This document shows positions 30,473-42,096 of a stretch of DNA of 64,000 nt, piece after piece. Under the pieces are notes generated by a model, which saw only the letters and a list, made by a program, of their open reading frames with translations, was not told the origin of the DNA and did not search any database. Source of the DNA: an uncultured Bacteroidales bacterium (GTDB lineage Bacteria > Bacteroidota > Bacteroidia > Bacteroidales > VadinHA17); contig CAVORD010000006.1 of NCBI GenBank assembly GCA_963698535.1, forward strand, positions 26,881-90,880, in the 5' to 3' direction. The first letter of the stretch is position 1, and every line of letters begins with the position of its first letter. Position numbers and translations under genes: made by a program.

Positions 30473-31908
30473 ATGAGAGCAGAAATTATTGTCAGGTATC
30501 TGGGATCAGTTCTCCTCCTTAATGCTGTTTTTCTTCTTATAGCGGCTTTTATCTCGCTTTTTCTTGGTGAGCCAAGCACCGGGGAGCTCTTTTTCTCAGC
30601 CTTCTTCTGTATCATACTCGGTATTTTCCCTATCATCTTTGTGCCAAAAACCGATGAGCTCTCTTTTACCGAAGGGATGGTAATTGTAGTGGCAGGATGG
30701 GTAGTGACATGCATCATGGGTGCCTTGCCTTACCTTCTGTGGGGAGGGGAGTTCACCCTTGCCAATGCAATATTCGAAAGTGTCTCGGGATATACTACTA
30801 CCGGTTCAAGTATTCTCACAAATGTTGAGGCTTTACCAAAAGGGATGCTCTTCTGGCGATCATCCACACATTTTATCGGTGGTGTTGGAGTGATCTACTT
30901 CGCCCTCCTGATATTGCCACAATCGGCATCTTCCAGAGTGATTCTTTTTCATACGGAGACAAGTGATTATTCCCGGAAGAATTTTATGAATAACTCCCGA
31001 CAGATTGTAAAGATCCTTGGAGTGGTGTATCTCGGACTTACACTGGCGGAGACAATATTGCTCTGGATAGCAGGGATGCCTCTTTTCGATTCACTTAACC
31101 ACTCCTTTGCCACTATTGCAACAGGAGGCTTTTCGGTAAAAAACCTTAGCATAGGTTACTACAACAATGTAGCAATAGAAGTAATCATTACCTATTTATG
31201 ATTCTCGCCGGTATACATTTCGGCCTGATTTTCGGAACCCTTACCGGCAAGAAGCATGGAGTCTTTAACAGCTCTGTGGCTAAAGCATATATTATCGTTC
31301 TTCTGTCTGGCATCGTTCTGGTTGCATTAAAGCTTTGGAGTGACGGACGCTATGACCTTCTTACTTCATTACGGCATTCCTCTTTTCAGGTAGCTTCAGT
31401 AGGAACGACTACAGGCTTTGCAACGGTGGATACTGCAAACTGGCCCCCTTTCACTCAGATCATCCTGATATATTTTATTATTCAGTGTGCGATGGTGGGG
31501 TCCACTTCCGGGGGACTGAAATTTGACAGGGTATACCTATTTATGAAATCTGTTAAGAGGCAGATCAAGTCGATAGCTCACCCCAATGCTGTCCTTGCAC
31601 TTAAAATTGACGGGAGACCTGTTTCCGATCAGCTGGAGCGGCAAACGGTAATCTTTATACTTGCCTATATTCTCTTCTTTTTCCTGGTTACCATTATTCT
31701 TACTGCAATGAATGTTGACGGGATGACAGCCTTCTCTGCCTCCATTGCCACGATTGGAAATGTCGGACCGGGATTTGGTAATGTTAGCTCCCTCGGCAAT
31801 TTCAGTTCAATACCCGATGCCGGAAAATATCTTCTCTCACTTAATATGCTGATGGGCAGACTTGAGATTTTCAATATTGTGGCCCTGGTAATGGTATTCA
31901 GGAGGTAA
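30473..31908 (+). CDS. trkH: TrkH family potassium uptake membrane protein (frameshift ~31197)
   Basis: FESVSGYTTTGSS, TIATGGFS, GTTTGF, GSTSGGLK, GNVGPGFG and MLMGRLEI pore-loop motifs. Confidence 0.9.
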
Positions 31909-32147
31909 TATAATAGCGATCGTATCTATAAATCAGTACTAAATATTCCTTTTTATTAAACATTCAGTTAATACTTTGATTATGTTAATCTTTTGGTAAA
32001 CAATTAGTTGTTTCCTTTGTTACTATAATAGTATGGTATCCCCCAAAAAAGGCTAAGAAGTTTACGTTAGTTCCTTTGGGAAATGATTAACTTACCTAAC
32101 TAATAAGCTTGAAATCCACTTTTGTACGAATCAATTAACAATCTGAA

Positions 32148-33302
32148 ATGAAAAAGGTAATTGTCCTGTTTGTTTTCTTATGCAGCATATCACTTTATGC
32201 TCAGTATCCTGTAGTTACGTTTAATTATGAGAGATCCGGCTTCAATGAGGGACAACCTCTGCCATCGGAAACCTACTTTATTCTGAATGGTGCTGTGAGC
32301 ACTCAGGTCAGGATGGTGGAGATGGTACTCTACGCCAATGCTGATCTTAAAAAGCAGGAACTGTATTCCAGCGTATGGAAGCGGGAGTTCAATAATACCA
32401 GGCAATCGTTTAGCATGCCTGTCCATTATAAGCTTCGGTCGGACAGGGATTATACAGTAGTATTAAACTATTACAGGGAGGCCCAGCAGGCTGAAATAGA
32501 GAACCTGCGACAGGAATTGAACTATACTCTTGATGCTTATGTCGATCTCAATTTTATTCAGGGTAAGAAAAGTTTTTCCCTGGTAAAGAACAGTTCGGCA
32601 ATGATATCCGATCTTAATTCCATTGTAAATGAGTCGCTAAAGAATTACAGGAGCCTTTCCAACTACAACTTTGAGGGTTTCTCAGATCTCGTAAGGGACC
32701 AGATCAAAGCAATTGAAGGGGTTAGTTATAATCGTATGTTCGGCAAAAAAGCCGACGCAGATGACCGTGAATCAAAATCTGCCATGTACCTGGAAAGATT
32801 AAAAACACATCTTCATCTTGAGGCTGCGCATATTTTTAACTCAGGTCTTCTTGCTACCGGCGACAGTAAGATCATAAAAAACTATCCTACTGTTGAACAG
32901 AAAAGTATAATTACGCTGAATTTTGGCTATGGTGGTGTTCTTCTTGACCATACAAGTGCTGAGACAACGATAGGGCACGGTGTTATGGCGGGACTTACAA
33001 TACCCCTGGGCAAGCAGGCATTTGCTAAAGAGTTTTTTAGCCGGTCGGCAATTGTTACCGGTATTTACCTCAATGATTTTACGGGCTCGGGCGGTGAGAA
33101 ACTGACAGGTCCGGTAATCAACAAACCCGTCTTTCTGGGTTTGGGATATAATATATTCCAGTTTATGAGGGTTACAGCCGGTGGTGTTGTCCTTACAGAA
33201 GTGAGCGGTACACAGGGCCTCACCCTGGGAGATATTCAGGTTAAACCTTTTGTTGGGATCTCGGCAGACATTAATCTATGGATAGGGCTGAATAAGAGAT
33301 AA
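32148..33302 (+). CDS. Secreted / outer-membrane hypothetical protein
   Basis: 384-aa ORF with signal peptide, helical middle and amphipathic beta-strand C-terminus. Confidence 0.6.
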   Translation: MKKVIVLFVFLCSISLYAQYPVVTFNYERSGFNEGQPLPSETYFILNGAVSTQVRMVEMVLYANADLKKQELYSSVWKREFNNTRQSFSMPVHYKLRSDRDYTVVLNYYREAQQAEIENLRQELNYTLDAYVDLNFIQGKKSFSLVKNSSAMISDLNSIVNESLKNYRSLSNYNFEGFSDLVRDQIKAIEGVSYNRMFGKKADADDRESKSAMYLERLKTHLHLEAAHIFNSGLLATGDSKIIKNYPTVEQKSIITLNFGYGGVLLDHTSAETTIGHGVMAGLTIPLGKQAFAKEFFSRSAIVTGIYLNDFTGSGGEKLTGPVINKPVFLGLGYNIFQFMRVTAGGVVLTEVSGTQGLTLGDIQVKPFVGISADINLWIGLNKR

Positions 33303-33323
33303 TAAAGAATATTTAGAAAGGAC

Positions 33324-35681
33324 ATGAAAAAAGGTTTCATAATACATGTTATTATCATCTGGTTTGTATCAATACCATTGGTCAGCGCTCAGCAAGATCT
33401 TTTTAAGTGGCGTATAGGTGGAGGAGCAGGTGTTATGATGTACTATGGTGATCTGAATCAGAGGGTTTTTGCACCGGTACAGCCTTTGCTGGACCTCGAC
33501 CCTGATTATTTGTCATATCAGCTCTCAGCAGAGAGGTCTCTATCCAAAGGGACATCTCTGAAATTATCTTTTACAAAAGGAAGATTTATTGCTAACGACA
33601 GAGCTATTGACAATAATGGTAACCTGCTAACCGACAATACAAACTTCAACAGATCACTTAATTCACTGACCCTCATCAACGACCTTTCGTTAAGCTATTA
33701 TTTCTATACCGATAATGACAGGATCTTTGGCAAACGCGCTTTTGTCTCACCGTTCTTTTCACTTGGAGCCGGTATAACACATTATGTTGTGTACGGCGAC
33801 CTGTTCGGAGCAGGAGGGACCCGATATTACTATTGGGGCGATAACACAATAAGAACACTTGCTGAGACCGACCCACTCAGTGCTACGGCAGTAGTAGTAA
33901 ATCAGGATGGGGTTTTCGAGACCAATCTCTCAGAACTGGAAACGGAGACGAGCTATTTACCTTATACTATATCATTCCCCCTTTCCGCAGGACTGAAATT
34001 CAGGCTTGGGAACAGATTGAACCTTAATCTGGAGTACTCTGTCAGATATACACTCACCGATCATATAGATGATGTGAGCGGAGACTTCCGGACCATCTAT
34101 GATTCACCACTGCAGGAATATGCTTCTAACCCTGCAGGTATAGCAGGTACGATGAGAGGAAACAGCAGCAAACTTTCAGATATGTGGTCTTTCTCATCAC
34201 TAACCCTTCAGTATAACTTCGGAAAGAGAAAAAGTACATACCGCCCACCCTATATCTATTCATCGGCAAAAAAAGGCGCTATTGCTGAAGAGACAAAGGG
34301 TGGTTATGAACCATGGATATCAGAAAAGAAAGCTGATGTTATAAAAGAAATTACTGTAGCAGCCGCTGTAAAGGGAGATAATGTTGTTGTTACCGATAGC
34401 AATAAGATCACGGGAAAATTGGTATTACCTGAACAGAAATTTACAGATACTTTACAGTTCGTGACCGATTCCTTGTTTACTGAAGTGTATCCTGTTGATA
34501 CCCTGATAAGGGAAGATATGGAACGTATGGAGAACTTAAACGACAGTATCGTCATTAGCCGTGACAGTTCCATGATAAGTAACCCTTTCTTATTGAAAAG
34601 CAGAGATCCTCTGGTTGTAAAAAGGGATAGTGTTGCACTATATGTTGTAACCAAAGAGCCTGACCTCTATGCTGTCCAGACTGAACAACCGGCAGATTCA
34701 ATTCTTAATGCCTCTTCAGATCAACTGTTCACCTCCGGTTCCCGTCAGGTTAGAATGTTTACACCGTTCAACCCAATGGAAGGTGTTGCTGATACATCCT
34801 TTAAGATAGGAGAAGAGAGCCAGTTTAACGATTACATAATGGCACCGCAAAAGAGCTTCTCTGTGCAGCAGGCAGAAATAGCTCCACCGGCAGTGATGGC
34901 GGAGCAGGATGCTGAAAAGATACTGCTTCAGGAGAGGTTGAATATGGAAATTGAAAAATCACAGTTTTACCACGATCAGGTTATATTTATGCGTGAGCTG
35001 ATGCTCAGCCTGAATATGAAAGATACCCTTGTGGTTAACCCTGGTGTTTCAGCCTCTTTAATTGATACATTAAAAGTTGCTGACCAGGCTCCGGTTGTAA
35101 AAAGTTTACCCGCTGCTGGTGATTCATTGGTTATAAAGTCAGATCCTGTTTCCGACTATTTTATTGCACAAAAGAGAGCGGAAACAACAGAAAAGGCTGA
35201 AGTTATTGAGAAGAGTGGTTCGGGCGGACAACAGCTGGAGTATATGGCCGAAATGGGACTTTTGAAACAGAGAATACAAACACTTGAGAATCAGATATCT
35301 GTTTGGGTATCAAGATCAGGTAATATTGTTGATACCGTGGAGGTTGCGCCAAAATATGAGATTCCGGGTACTGAGCTATTCTTCGAAACAGGTTCAACGG
35401 AGCTGAGCCCCACAGCATCAATATTGCTTAAGAAGATATCGGACTATCTCATCTCCGACACCGAAGGTGAATTGCTTATCAAAGGTTATTCAGATGTTAC
35501 CGGTGATGCAGACAGAAATCTTGAACTCAGCATGAAAAGAGCTGAAACAGCAAAGAAATATTTTCTTGATAAGGGCATTGAGGAGAGCAGGATCAGAGTT
35601 GAATACTTTGGTGCCGACCTTAATTATCAGGGAGACCTTCTCCGTTATGGCAGAAGGGTGGAGATAATTATTTTAAAATAG
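33324..35681 (+). CDS. OmpA-family protein: N-terminal DUF6089/PorG-like barrel, long linker, C-terminal OmpA_C domain
   Basis: YYGDL, GLKFRL, RYTLTDHIDDVS barrel motifs; LFFETGSTEL...KGYSDVTG...NLELSMKRA...RRVEI peptidoglycan-binding domain. Confidence 0.82.
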   Translation: MKKGFIIHVIIIWFVSIPLVSAQQDLFKWRIGGGAGVMMYYGDLNQRVFAPVQPLLDLDPDYLSYQLSAERSLSKGTSLKLSFTKGRFIANDRAIDNNGNLLTDNTNFNRSLNSLTLINDLSLSYYFYTDNDRIFGKRAFVSPFFSLGAGITHYVVYGDLFGAGGTRYYYWGDNTIRTLAETDPLSATAVVVNQDGVFETNLSELETETSYLPYTISFPLSAGLKFRLGNRLNLNLEYSVRYTLTDHIDDVSGDFRTIYDSPLQEYASNPAGIAGTMRGNSSKLSDMWSFSSLTLQYNFGKRKSTYRPPYIYSSAKKGAIAEETKGGYEPWISEKKADVIKEITVAAAVKGDNVVVTDSNKITGKLVLPEQKFTDTLQFVTDSLFTEVYPVDTLIREDMERMENLNDSIVISRDSSMISNPFLLKSRDPLVVKRDSVALYVVTKEPDLYAVQTEQPADSILNASSDQLFTSGSRQVRMFTPFNPMEGVADTSFKIGEESQFNDYIMAPQKSFSVQQAEIAPPAVMAEQDAEKILLQERLNMEIEKSQFYHDQVIFMRELMLSLNMKDTLVVNPGVSASLIDTLKVADQAPVVKSLPAAGDSLVIKSDPVSDYFIAQKRAETTEKAEVIEKSGSGGQQLEYMAEMGLLKQRIQTLENQISVWVSRSGNIVDTVEVAPKYEIPGTELFFETGSTELSPTASILLKKISDYLISDTEGELLIKGYSDVTGDADRNLELSMKRAETAKKYFLDKGIEESRIRVEYFGADLNYQGDLLRYGRRVEIIILK

Positions 35682-35740
35682 TAATGAATTGAGATCGCAA
35701 CTGTGCGTAACTTTGAATTGAAACAGATAAAAGAGAGAAA

Positions 35741-36470
35741 ATGAAAAGAATTATTGGATCGATGGTTGTAGTGCTGCTGGTAACAGTAGCTGCTGAGGGG
35801 CAGGGAGTACTGACTGAGAGCAGTATATATTTTGGTGATAAGACTGCTTCTGCATGGATAGCCCCCTCAATGAGCGGGCTGGAACTGGTTAAGAAAAATC
35901 TGGTTAAGTATACTAAGAAAAACCTTGGAATTAGTCTTAAGTCTGAAGGTAAGGATGTGCTAAGAGCAAAAGAGGTGTCCGCAGAAAGTATTGCTTCTAA
36001 AAGAGGTGATCTGGTTGTTAAACTGTTTGACGATAATGGAACTGCCAAGATAGGAGTTGCATTTATGATGGGTTACGACATAGCCACTTAATACGAGAGA
36101 ATATCCCACAGAAATGGGAAACCTTAAGCTATATGTTTCTGAATTTCTTAAGTATCACTACAAGGATTACCTTGAAACAAACATAGGTGATGATACTAAA
36201 CGTATTAGTCAGGTAAACAAAGAGATAAATAAAAATGAGAGAGCCATATCAGGATTAACCAAAATCATCACCTCCGGTGAAGATGATCTTGCTGCAGGTC
36301 CCGGTCCTGAGGAGAGTCTGAAGATCAATAACAAGATTATAGAGAGCAAATCCAAAAGAGAATCACTGGCTGCAATAAATCTTAATCTGAAGAATGAGGT
36401 TACAAGACTGGAATACAATATAAGCTCAAATAACAATGAGCTAAATAAGGTTGATATGATCAGGTTCTAA
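35741..36470 (+). CDS. Secreted hypothetical protein with C-terminal coiled coil (frameshift ~36088)
   Basis: ORFs 35741..36091 (signal peptide) and 36114..36470 (heptad-rich) join with one indel; TAACTTTG -7 box at ~35708. Confidence 0.55.
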
Positions 36471-36493
36471 CAATCCTCATTAATAAAGAAATA

Positions 36494-36999
36494 ATGGAAA
36501 AGAAAGAAGAACAAAAGGGAACTATTAAGGGTTTTATTAAGCGTTACTGGAACTTTTTGATCGTGATACTTCTGGTTGTAATGGCTGTATTATATTACAA
36601 CTTCAGGATTGCCAGGATCGAGAAGAAGTCAGTAGAACAGCTGGCAACAATGGAAACGGAGTATAAGAGCACTATCGACAGTCTTCGGCTGGTGAAAATG
36701 GAGCAGCTCTGTAAAACATTCTCATGGGCGGTGAGAAGTGAACTGATAAGGAATAACCTCGAAGGTGTTGATATACTGTTCAATACCTTTATCAAGGAGC
36801 CCGATATCATCAAACTAACCCTTGTGAGTGAACTCGACAGAACGGTTTTACTGTCTACCGATAAAAAGGAGCAAGGGGAGATATATTGCCGATAATTTAA
36901 TTTTTGGCGATTTCTGAGATCACACGTGATGGGAATAGGATAGTAGTTCCGGTAAACGGACTAAGTGAGAAGATAGGGATACTGGTTGTCTCCTTCTAG
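36494..36999 (+). CDS. Single-TM hypothetical protein (frameshift ~36885)
   Basis: ORF 36494..36895 with TM and FSWAVRSEL; an alternative frame continues ...VPVNGLSEKIGILVVSF* to 36999. Confidence 0.5.
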
Positions 37000-37001
37000 C
37001 T

Positions 37002-37343
37002 TTACTCCCTTTTTCTGTTCTCTATCAGATCGGGTAATGGAATACTAATTTCCACCAGCCCCATAATCTCTTTTTCTCTGTACCATGGTACCTGGCAGAT
37101 AAGTTTCTTTTTGCCCTCCTTCTCCACAGTGTAGATATTTGAAGAGGCATCACTGATCATTTTTTGAATGATCTCAGCTGAACTGGCGTTGTGACAACTC
37201 ATCAGGTTGGAGCCTAATAACTTATAGCCACCCCATTTGTCAAACGTGTCGGCGGCTTTGTCATTCATATCCAGTATCTTGCCGTCGCGGTCACACACTG
37301 TTATTGCAAACGGAAATTCTTTGGTCCATTCAGGATTGCTCAT
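37002..37343 (-). CDS. Stand-alone PAS domain protein
   Basis: AITVCDRDGKILDMN, LLGSNLMSCH, YTVEKEGKKKLICQVPWY, GLVEISI. Confidence 0.8.
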   Translation of the reverse strand: MSNPEWTKEFPFAITVCDRDGKILDMNDKAADTFDKWGGYKLLGSNLMSCHNASSAEIIQKMISDASSNIYTVEKEGKKKLICQVPWYREKEIMGLVEISIPLPDLIENRKRE

Positions 37344-37375
37344 AATTTAAAAGCAGGTTAGGGTCTGTAACAATC

Positions 37376-38467
37376 TTATTTATAATCTTTGCACTCACCT
37401 TTCATCTTCCTCAGTGCTGTTCCGTCTTCACACATGGTGAAGAATTCATTCAGGAAAAGGATCATTTTATTTCTTTCGGATTCCTCAAGGTATTGAAAGT
37501 TTTTTACCACTCCAATGATCTCATCCTTATGTCCCAGGAACTCATTGATCATTGTCTGAAATCTTTCAGTGCTCCGGCAGGGACCCAAAAAGAGCCTCTG
37601 GGTAACATGCTGTATGCTTAATCCTTCTGATGGAACAGCATAATGTGCATTTACCAGTCCTGAATAATCAAAATCGTAAGGGAGAACAATTGATAACGGG
37701 TAGGAAAGATCCATTGGTTTAAAGGTTTTAACATTGTGCAGATTCTCCAATTGATAATCCACATTACCGATCAATAAGTTGAAGATTGTCATTCTGTCCA
37801 TTGCATCTTTATCTGCAAAGGGATGTCTGACGACTATGTCTTCCAGCTCCTTAACATCAAATCTTTCTTCCATTACCTCGTCCGGTTCGATAATGAAGCC
37901 GAATTTGGTTGTATTTATCTTCTTCCTCCCTGTGTCAACATAGTTCACCCTGACAAGCCTTACGCGGTAGCTTGTGTCGGATATCACGTTGAATATCTTG
38001 TATGCCAGGTACTCCTTGAGCAGGTATTTCTCATAAGCCCCACCATCTCTGCAATGGGTTACAAGCTTGACATTGCCTACAGAGTCGAGCTCCGCGAAAC
38101 CAGGTGCTGCCTTATTGAAGTTCAATCTTATAGGTGGGAAGGGACATATCTCATTTCTTCTGATGCCTCTTGGCCTCAGCCTGATCGGTGTGCTTACCGT
38201 TTGTTTTGTACTGTCAGCGAATTCGAAAACTGCATCCAGATATTCCTTTGAAGTTTTATTCCTTATGAATGTTGTAATGTCAAACCGAAGGGTGATCTCA
38301 AATATCTCATCACTGGCAAAGAATTCAGCGCCTGTCTTTTCCGAATTAGAAACAGGGGGAATGATTTGATCATCTCCCTGACCCTGCGCCTGTGTGGCCA
38401 AAAGCAAAAGAATAAGACAGAGTTTGGCTGGTAACGGGTTTAGTCTAACGGTCATTACTGTTCTCAA
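37376..38467 (-). CDS. Secreted hypothetical protein, CotH-like atypical kinase fold
   Basis: RPRG...CPFPPIRLNF, KLVTHC, EYLAYKIFN, LIGNVDY...HNVK and PYDFDYSG resemble CotH kinase motifs. Confidence 0.55.
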   Translation of the reverse strand: MRTVMTVRLNPLPAKLCLILLLLATQAQGQGDDQIIPPVSNSEKTGAEFFASDEIFEITLRFDITTFIRNKTSKEYLDAVFEFADSTKQTVSTPIRLRPRGIRRNEICPFPPIRLNFNKAAPGFAELDSVGNVKLVTHCRDGGAYEKYLLKEYLAYKIFNVISDTSYRVRLVRVNYVDTGRKKINTTKFGFIIEPDEVMEERFDVKELEDIVVRHPFADKDAMDRMTIFNLLIGNVDYQLENLHNVKTFKPMDLSYPLSIVLPYDFDYSGLVNAHYAVPSEGLSIQHVTQRLFLGPCRSTERFQTMINEFLGHKDEIIGVVKNFQYLEESERNKMILFLNEFFTMCEDGTALRKMKGECKDYK

Positions 38468-38758
38468 ATTAAATTAAAAATAGCAATTATCAATTAATCA
38501 GCGATATGTTATACTTCTAAAACACCATAGTTTTTTATTAGTTCATGAGATAATGAATGCGAAGTACATAGATTCAACACTGATTATGACCTATTCCTTC
38601 CTGACGACAGTTTAACAATAGTACCTTTCTATAAAACTTTAAATCGTCTTCATTCATTATTTAAGGTTTTATACTTAACTTAATATCATACTTTCATTAA
38701 GTGTATAGCACAGACAGTCAGATGAATATGATTTGAATTTATTATAATACCAATAAAT

Positions 38759-40395
38759 ATGATCCTTAAGCGATTTATTGAGGAAGAAACAGGCTCCAAA
38801 TTCGATGTTATTATTATTGGAGGAGGGATCACCGGCGCGGCAGTGGCATACATATCAGCCGCAAGAGGTCTTTCCGTTGCTCTTTTTGAAAAAAAGGATT
38901 ATGGTGGTGCAACATCGGCAGCCACCTCCAAGCTGATACACGGAGGATTGCGTTATCTCGCAAATATGGAGATCAGGCTGGTGACGGGAATCCCTGCGCG
39001 AGAGAAGGATATTGGGAAATATAGCTCCTAACTTTGTTTACCCCTTGCCGTTTCTCTTTCCAAATTATATCAGGTGGAAAGGAGGCATCTGGAAGATCCT
39101 GATAGGGATGTTTTTATATGATATTCTATCGTATGATAAGAGGAATACCTGGGATAAGAGCAAGCAGTTGCCTAATTACAGACTGGTATCACACAGAAAG
39201 ACTCTTAAGCTTGAACCAAATCTCAGGAAGGAAGAGCTGAGGAACTCAGTATACTTCTTCGACTATCAGAGTATTTTCCCGGAGCGATTAACACTGGCTT
39301 TTGTAAAGTCTGCAGCTGAATATGGTGCAAAAGTTTCAAACTACTCCCCTGTTGAAGGTTTCAGGTATGATGACAATGATAAGGTTATAGGTGTGGAGGT
39401 AAAAGATCTCTTTACCGGCAAAAAAAAGGATATTTATGGCGATCTGATAATCAATTGCGGAGGCACATGGGCCGATAAAATTCTGAATCTTGCCTCAAAG
39501 AAGGAGTCTGACTCACACAAGGTTAAAAGATCGGAAGGGATCCATATTATTACCAATAAGATAACTCACAATCATGTAGTATCACTCCAGAAAAAAGGAG
39601 GCGGACATTTAATGATCATGCCATGGAGGGGCCATTCATTAATTGGTACTACCGATAAGGAGTATATCGGTGATCCCGACAATTACAAAGTCTCAAAGGA
39701 GAGCATTGCTGAAGTCATTAATGGCGTAAATGAAAATTACGGGAAGAAAATCACGGAGGCTGACATTAAATTTGCTTATGGAGGACTAAGGCCATTGGTC
39801 GATGACCAGACAGAAGGATCATATAATACTTCCAGAAGGTATGAGGTATATGATAATGCCTCGGATGGAATAGAGGGAATGATCACTGTGGAAGGGGGGA
39901 AATACACAACCAGCAGAAGTCTTGCTAATGAGGTGCTTAAGATGATCTCAAAAAAGCTTGACAGAACTCTTGCTGATTCAGTATCCGACAATCTTTACCT
40001 GTCGGGTTGCGAGATCAGAGACATGAAGCAGTTTATGATCAAACAACGCCTGAACTACACAGGATTTCAGCAAGCAGACGATTGAATATGTTAGCAGGAA
40101 CTACGGCACCGACAGTAAAATTGTATTTCAGATCGCCAGGGACAATAACCGATATGCTGAGGTTGTCAGTCACGATGGTGAAATACTTGCCGAAGTGGTT
40201 TATGCTGTGCAATATGAAAGTGCCAGAACACTTAAGGATATTATGATGAGAAGAACCGGTATCGGTACTCTTGGGTACCCGGGAGAGGTGATGGTTAAAA
40301 AGATCGCAGTGCTGGCAGCGGAAATGCTGGGATGGGATAAGAAAAGATCCGACGAGGAGGTTGCGGCATTGATGAAGGTTTATGAGATTATTTAG
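38759..40395 (+). CDS. FAD-dependent glycerol-3-phosphate dehydrogenase/oxidase family (two frameshifts, ~38985 and ~40070)
   Basis: IIIGGGITGA, ATSKLIHGGLRYL, GTTD, GGLRPL, GGKYTT and MRRTGIG motifs across ORFs 38759..39031, 39012..40085 and 40195..40395. Confidence 0.87.
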
Positions 40396-40464
40396 TGCTA
40401 TTCTGAAACAGTTTTCAAAAACCCATCTTCATATATTTATATTGATAAACAGAACAATATCAAA

Positions 40465-42087
40465 ATGGAAATAACATACAGGCATATTTTAAAATGGGGT
40501 GATAAGAGGGAGGAGATCATTGATTCAAATACGATGAGCGTACTTCTCGGGAAGTTTGGCTTGGACAGATCGGATATTGTTGACAAGCATATGCCCGGTG
40601 GCGAAACAGTGAAACTGGCAACCTCTCCTAAACTTAAAAAGGAACAAATTGATAAGCTAAAAAGTATTGTAGGAGAGGAGAATTTTCACACCGATGACTC
40701 TTCAAGAGCCAGATTCTCATGTGGGAAATTCTACTCGGAGTTGCTTGATTTGCGGATGGGACAGATTCCTGATCCACCCGATGCTGTCATAGCACCTGGC
40801 AGTCACGAAGAGGTTGCTGAAATAGTGAACTACTGCAATAAAGAGAAGATTCCACTGATTCCTGTGGGGGGGCAGTCCTCCGTTACAGGTGCTTTGCAGG
40901 CTCCTTATGGCGGATTGGCAATGGACCTCTCTAAGCATCTGAAAAAGATCATAAGTATTAACAGATTAAACAAAACTGTTACTGTCCAGGCTGGAATGAT
41001 GGGACCTGATTTTGAGAATGAATTGAACAGTCATGGCTTTACCTGTGGCCATTTTCCGCAGTCTTTTGAGTATTCTTCGGTGGGAGGATGGATAGCTGCA
41101 AAAGGAGCAGGGCAGGCCTCTACAGGCTATGGTAAGATTGAGGATATGGTGGTGAGCCTTAAGGTGGTTACTCCGGCAGGGGTTATAGAGACTAAGAGTT
41201 TCCCACGCGCAGCTCAGGGATGGGATATCTTCCGGCTCTTTATCGGCGCCGAAGGTACTTTGGGAGTAATTACTGAAGCAACTATCAATATCCATTACTT
41301 CAAACCTGAAAACAGCCGGTTTGCCTCTTTCGTTTTTAAGTCCTTTGAAGATGGGGTGGAAGCGATGCGAACAATGATCCAGAGCGAATACGGGAAACCG
41401 TTTCTTTTCAGACTCTCGGATCCGGAAGAGACTGATATAGCCTTTAAAACAAAAGGGTTCGACAATACTCTTTCAGACAGATTCCTTAAAATGCTTGGAT
41501 TTCAGCCAGGAAAAAGAACACTTATGTTGTTATCTGTTGATGGAGATAAGGAGTATACCAGGTTCGTCAGAGCCAGATTGATCAAAAGTGCTAAGAAGAA
41601 GGGCGGGTTCTATACCGGGTCGTCGCCGGTTGTTAAATGGCTGGAAACAAGATATTCAAGCGCATATTTAAGAGACCCGCTGATGGACCTTGGCATAATG
41701 ACAGACACCCTTGAGACAGCAGTAACATGGGAGAATCTCCTTATGGTATGGAAAGCAGCACATGACTATGCACACACTCGTCCCAAGACTGTACTTATGA
41801 TCCATATATCGCACGTGTATGAGAGTGGTGCAAATCTTTACTTTACATTCCTCAGTCCAATGGAAAAGGGTAATGAGAAGGATGACTTCACCGGATTTCA
41901 TAGTGGGCTGGTAGAAACCATACTTGCTAACGGAGGATCCCTGTCTCATCATCACGGAGTAGGAAGGGTCCTTGGCCCCAGGATGGAAGCTCATCTTGGT
42001 AAAGAGTCGATGGAGGTAATGAGGGCTGTTAAGAAACACTTCGATCCGGGAAATATAATGAACCCGGGTAGTATATTAGGCATTTAA
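40465..42087 (+). CDS. FAD-linked oxidase, alkyl-dihydroxyacetone-phosphate synthase-like
   Basis: PDAVIAP, GGQSSVTG, GHFPQSFEYSSVGGWI, GAEGTLGVIT, HISHVYESGANLYF, SHHHGVG, DPGNIMNPG. Confidence 0.88.
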   Translation: MEITYRHILKWGDKREEIIDSNTMSVLLGKFGLDRSDIVDKHMPGGETVKLATSPKLKKEQIDKLKSIVGEENFHTDDSSRARFSCGKFYSELLDLRMGQIPDPPDAVIAPGSHEEVAEIVNYCNKEKIPLIPVGGQSSVTGALQAPYGGLAMDLSKHLKKIISINRLNKTVTVQAGMMGPDFENELNSHGFTCGHFPQSFEYSSVGGWIAAKGAGQASTGYGKIEDMVVSLKVVTPAGVIETKSFPRAAQGWDIFRLFIGAEGTLGVITEATINIHYFKPENSRFASFVFKSFEDGVEAMRTMIQSEYGKPFLFRLSDPEETDIAFKTKGFDNTLSDRFLKMLGFQPGKRTLMLLSVDGDKEYTRFVRARLIKSAKKKGGFYTGSSPVVKWLETRYSSAYLRDPLMDLGIMTDTLETAVTWENLLMVWKAAHDYAHTRPKTVLMIHISHVYESGANLYFTFLSPMEKGNEKDDFTGFHSGLVETILANGGSLSHHHGVGRVLGPRMEAHLGKESMEVMRAVKKHFDPGNIMNPGSILGI

Positions 42088-42096
42088 AGAGAAGAG

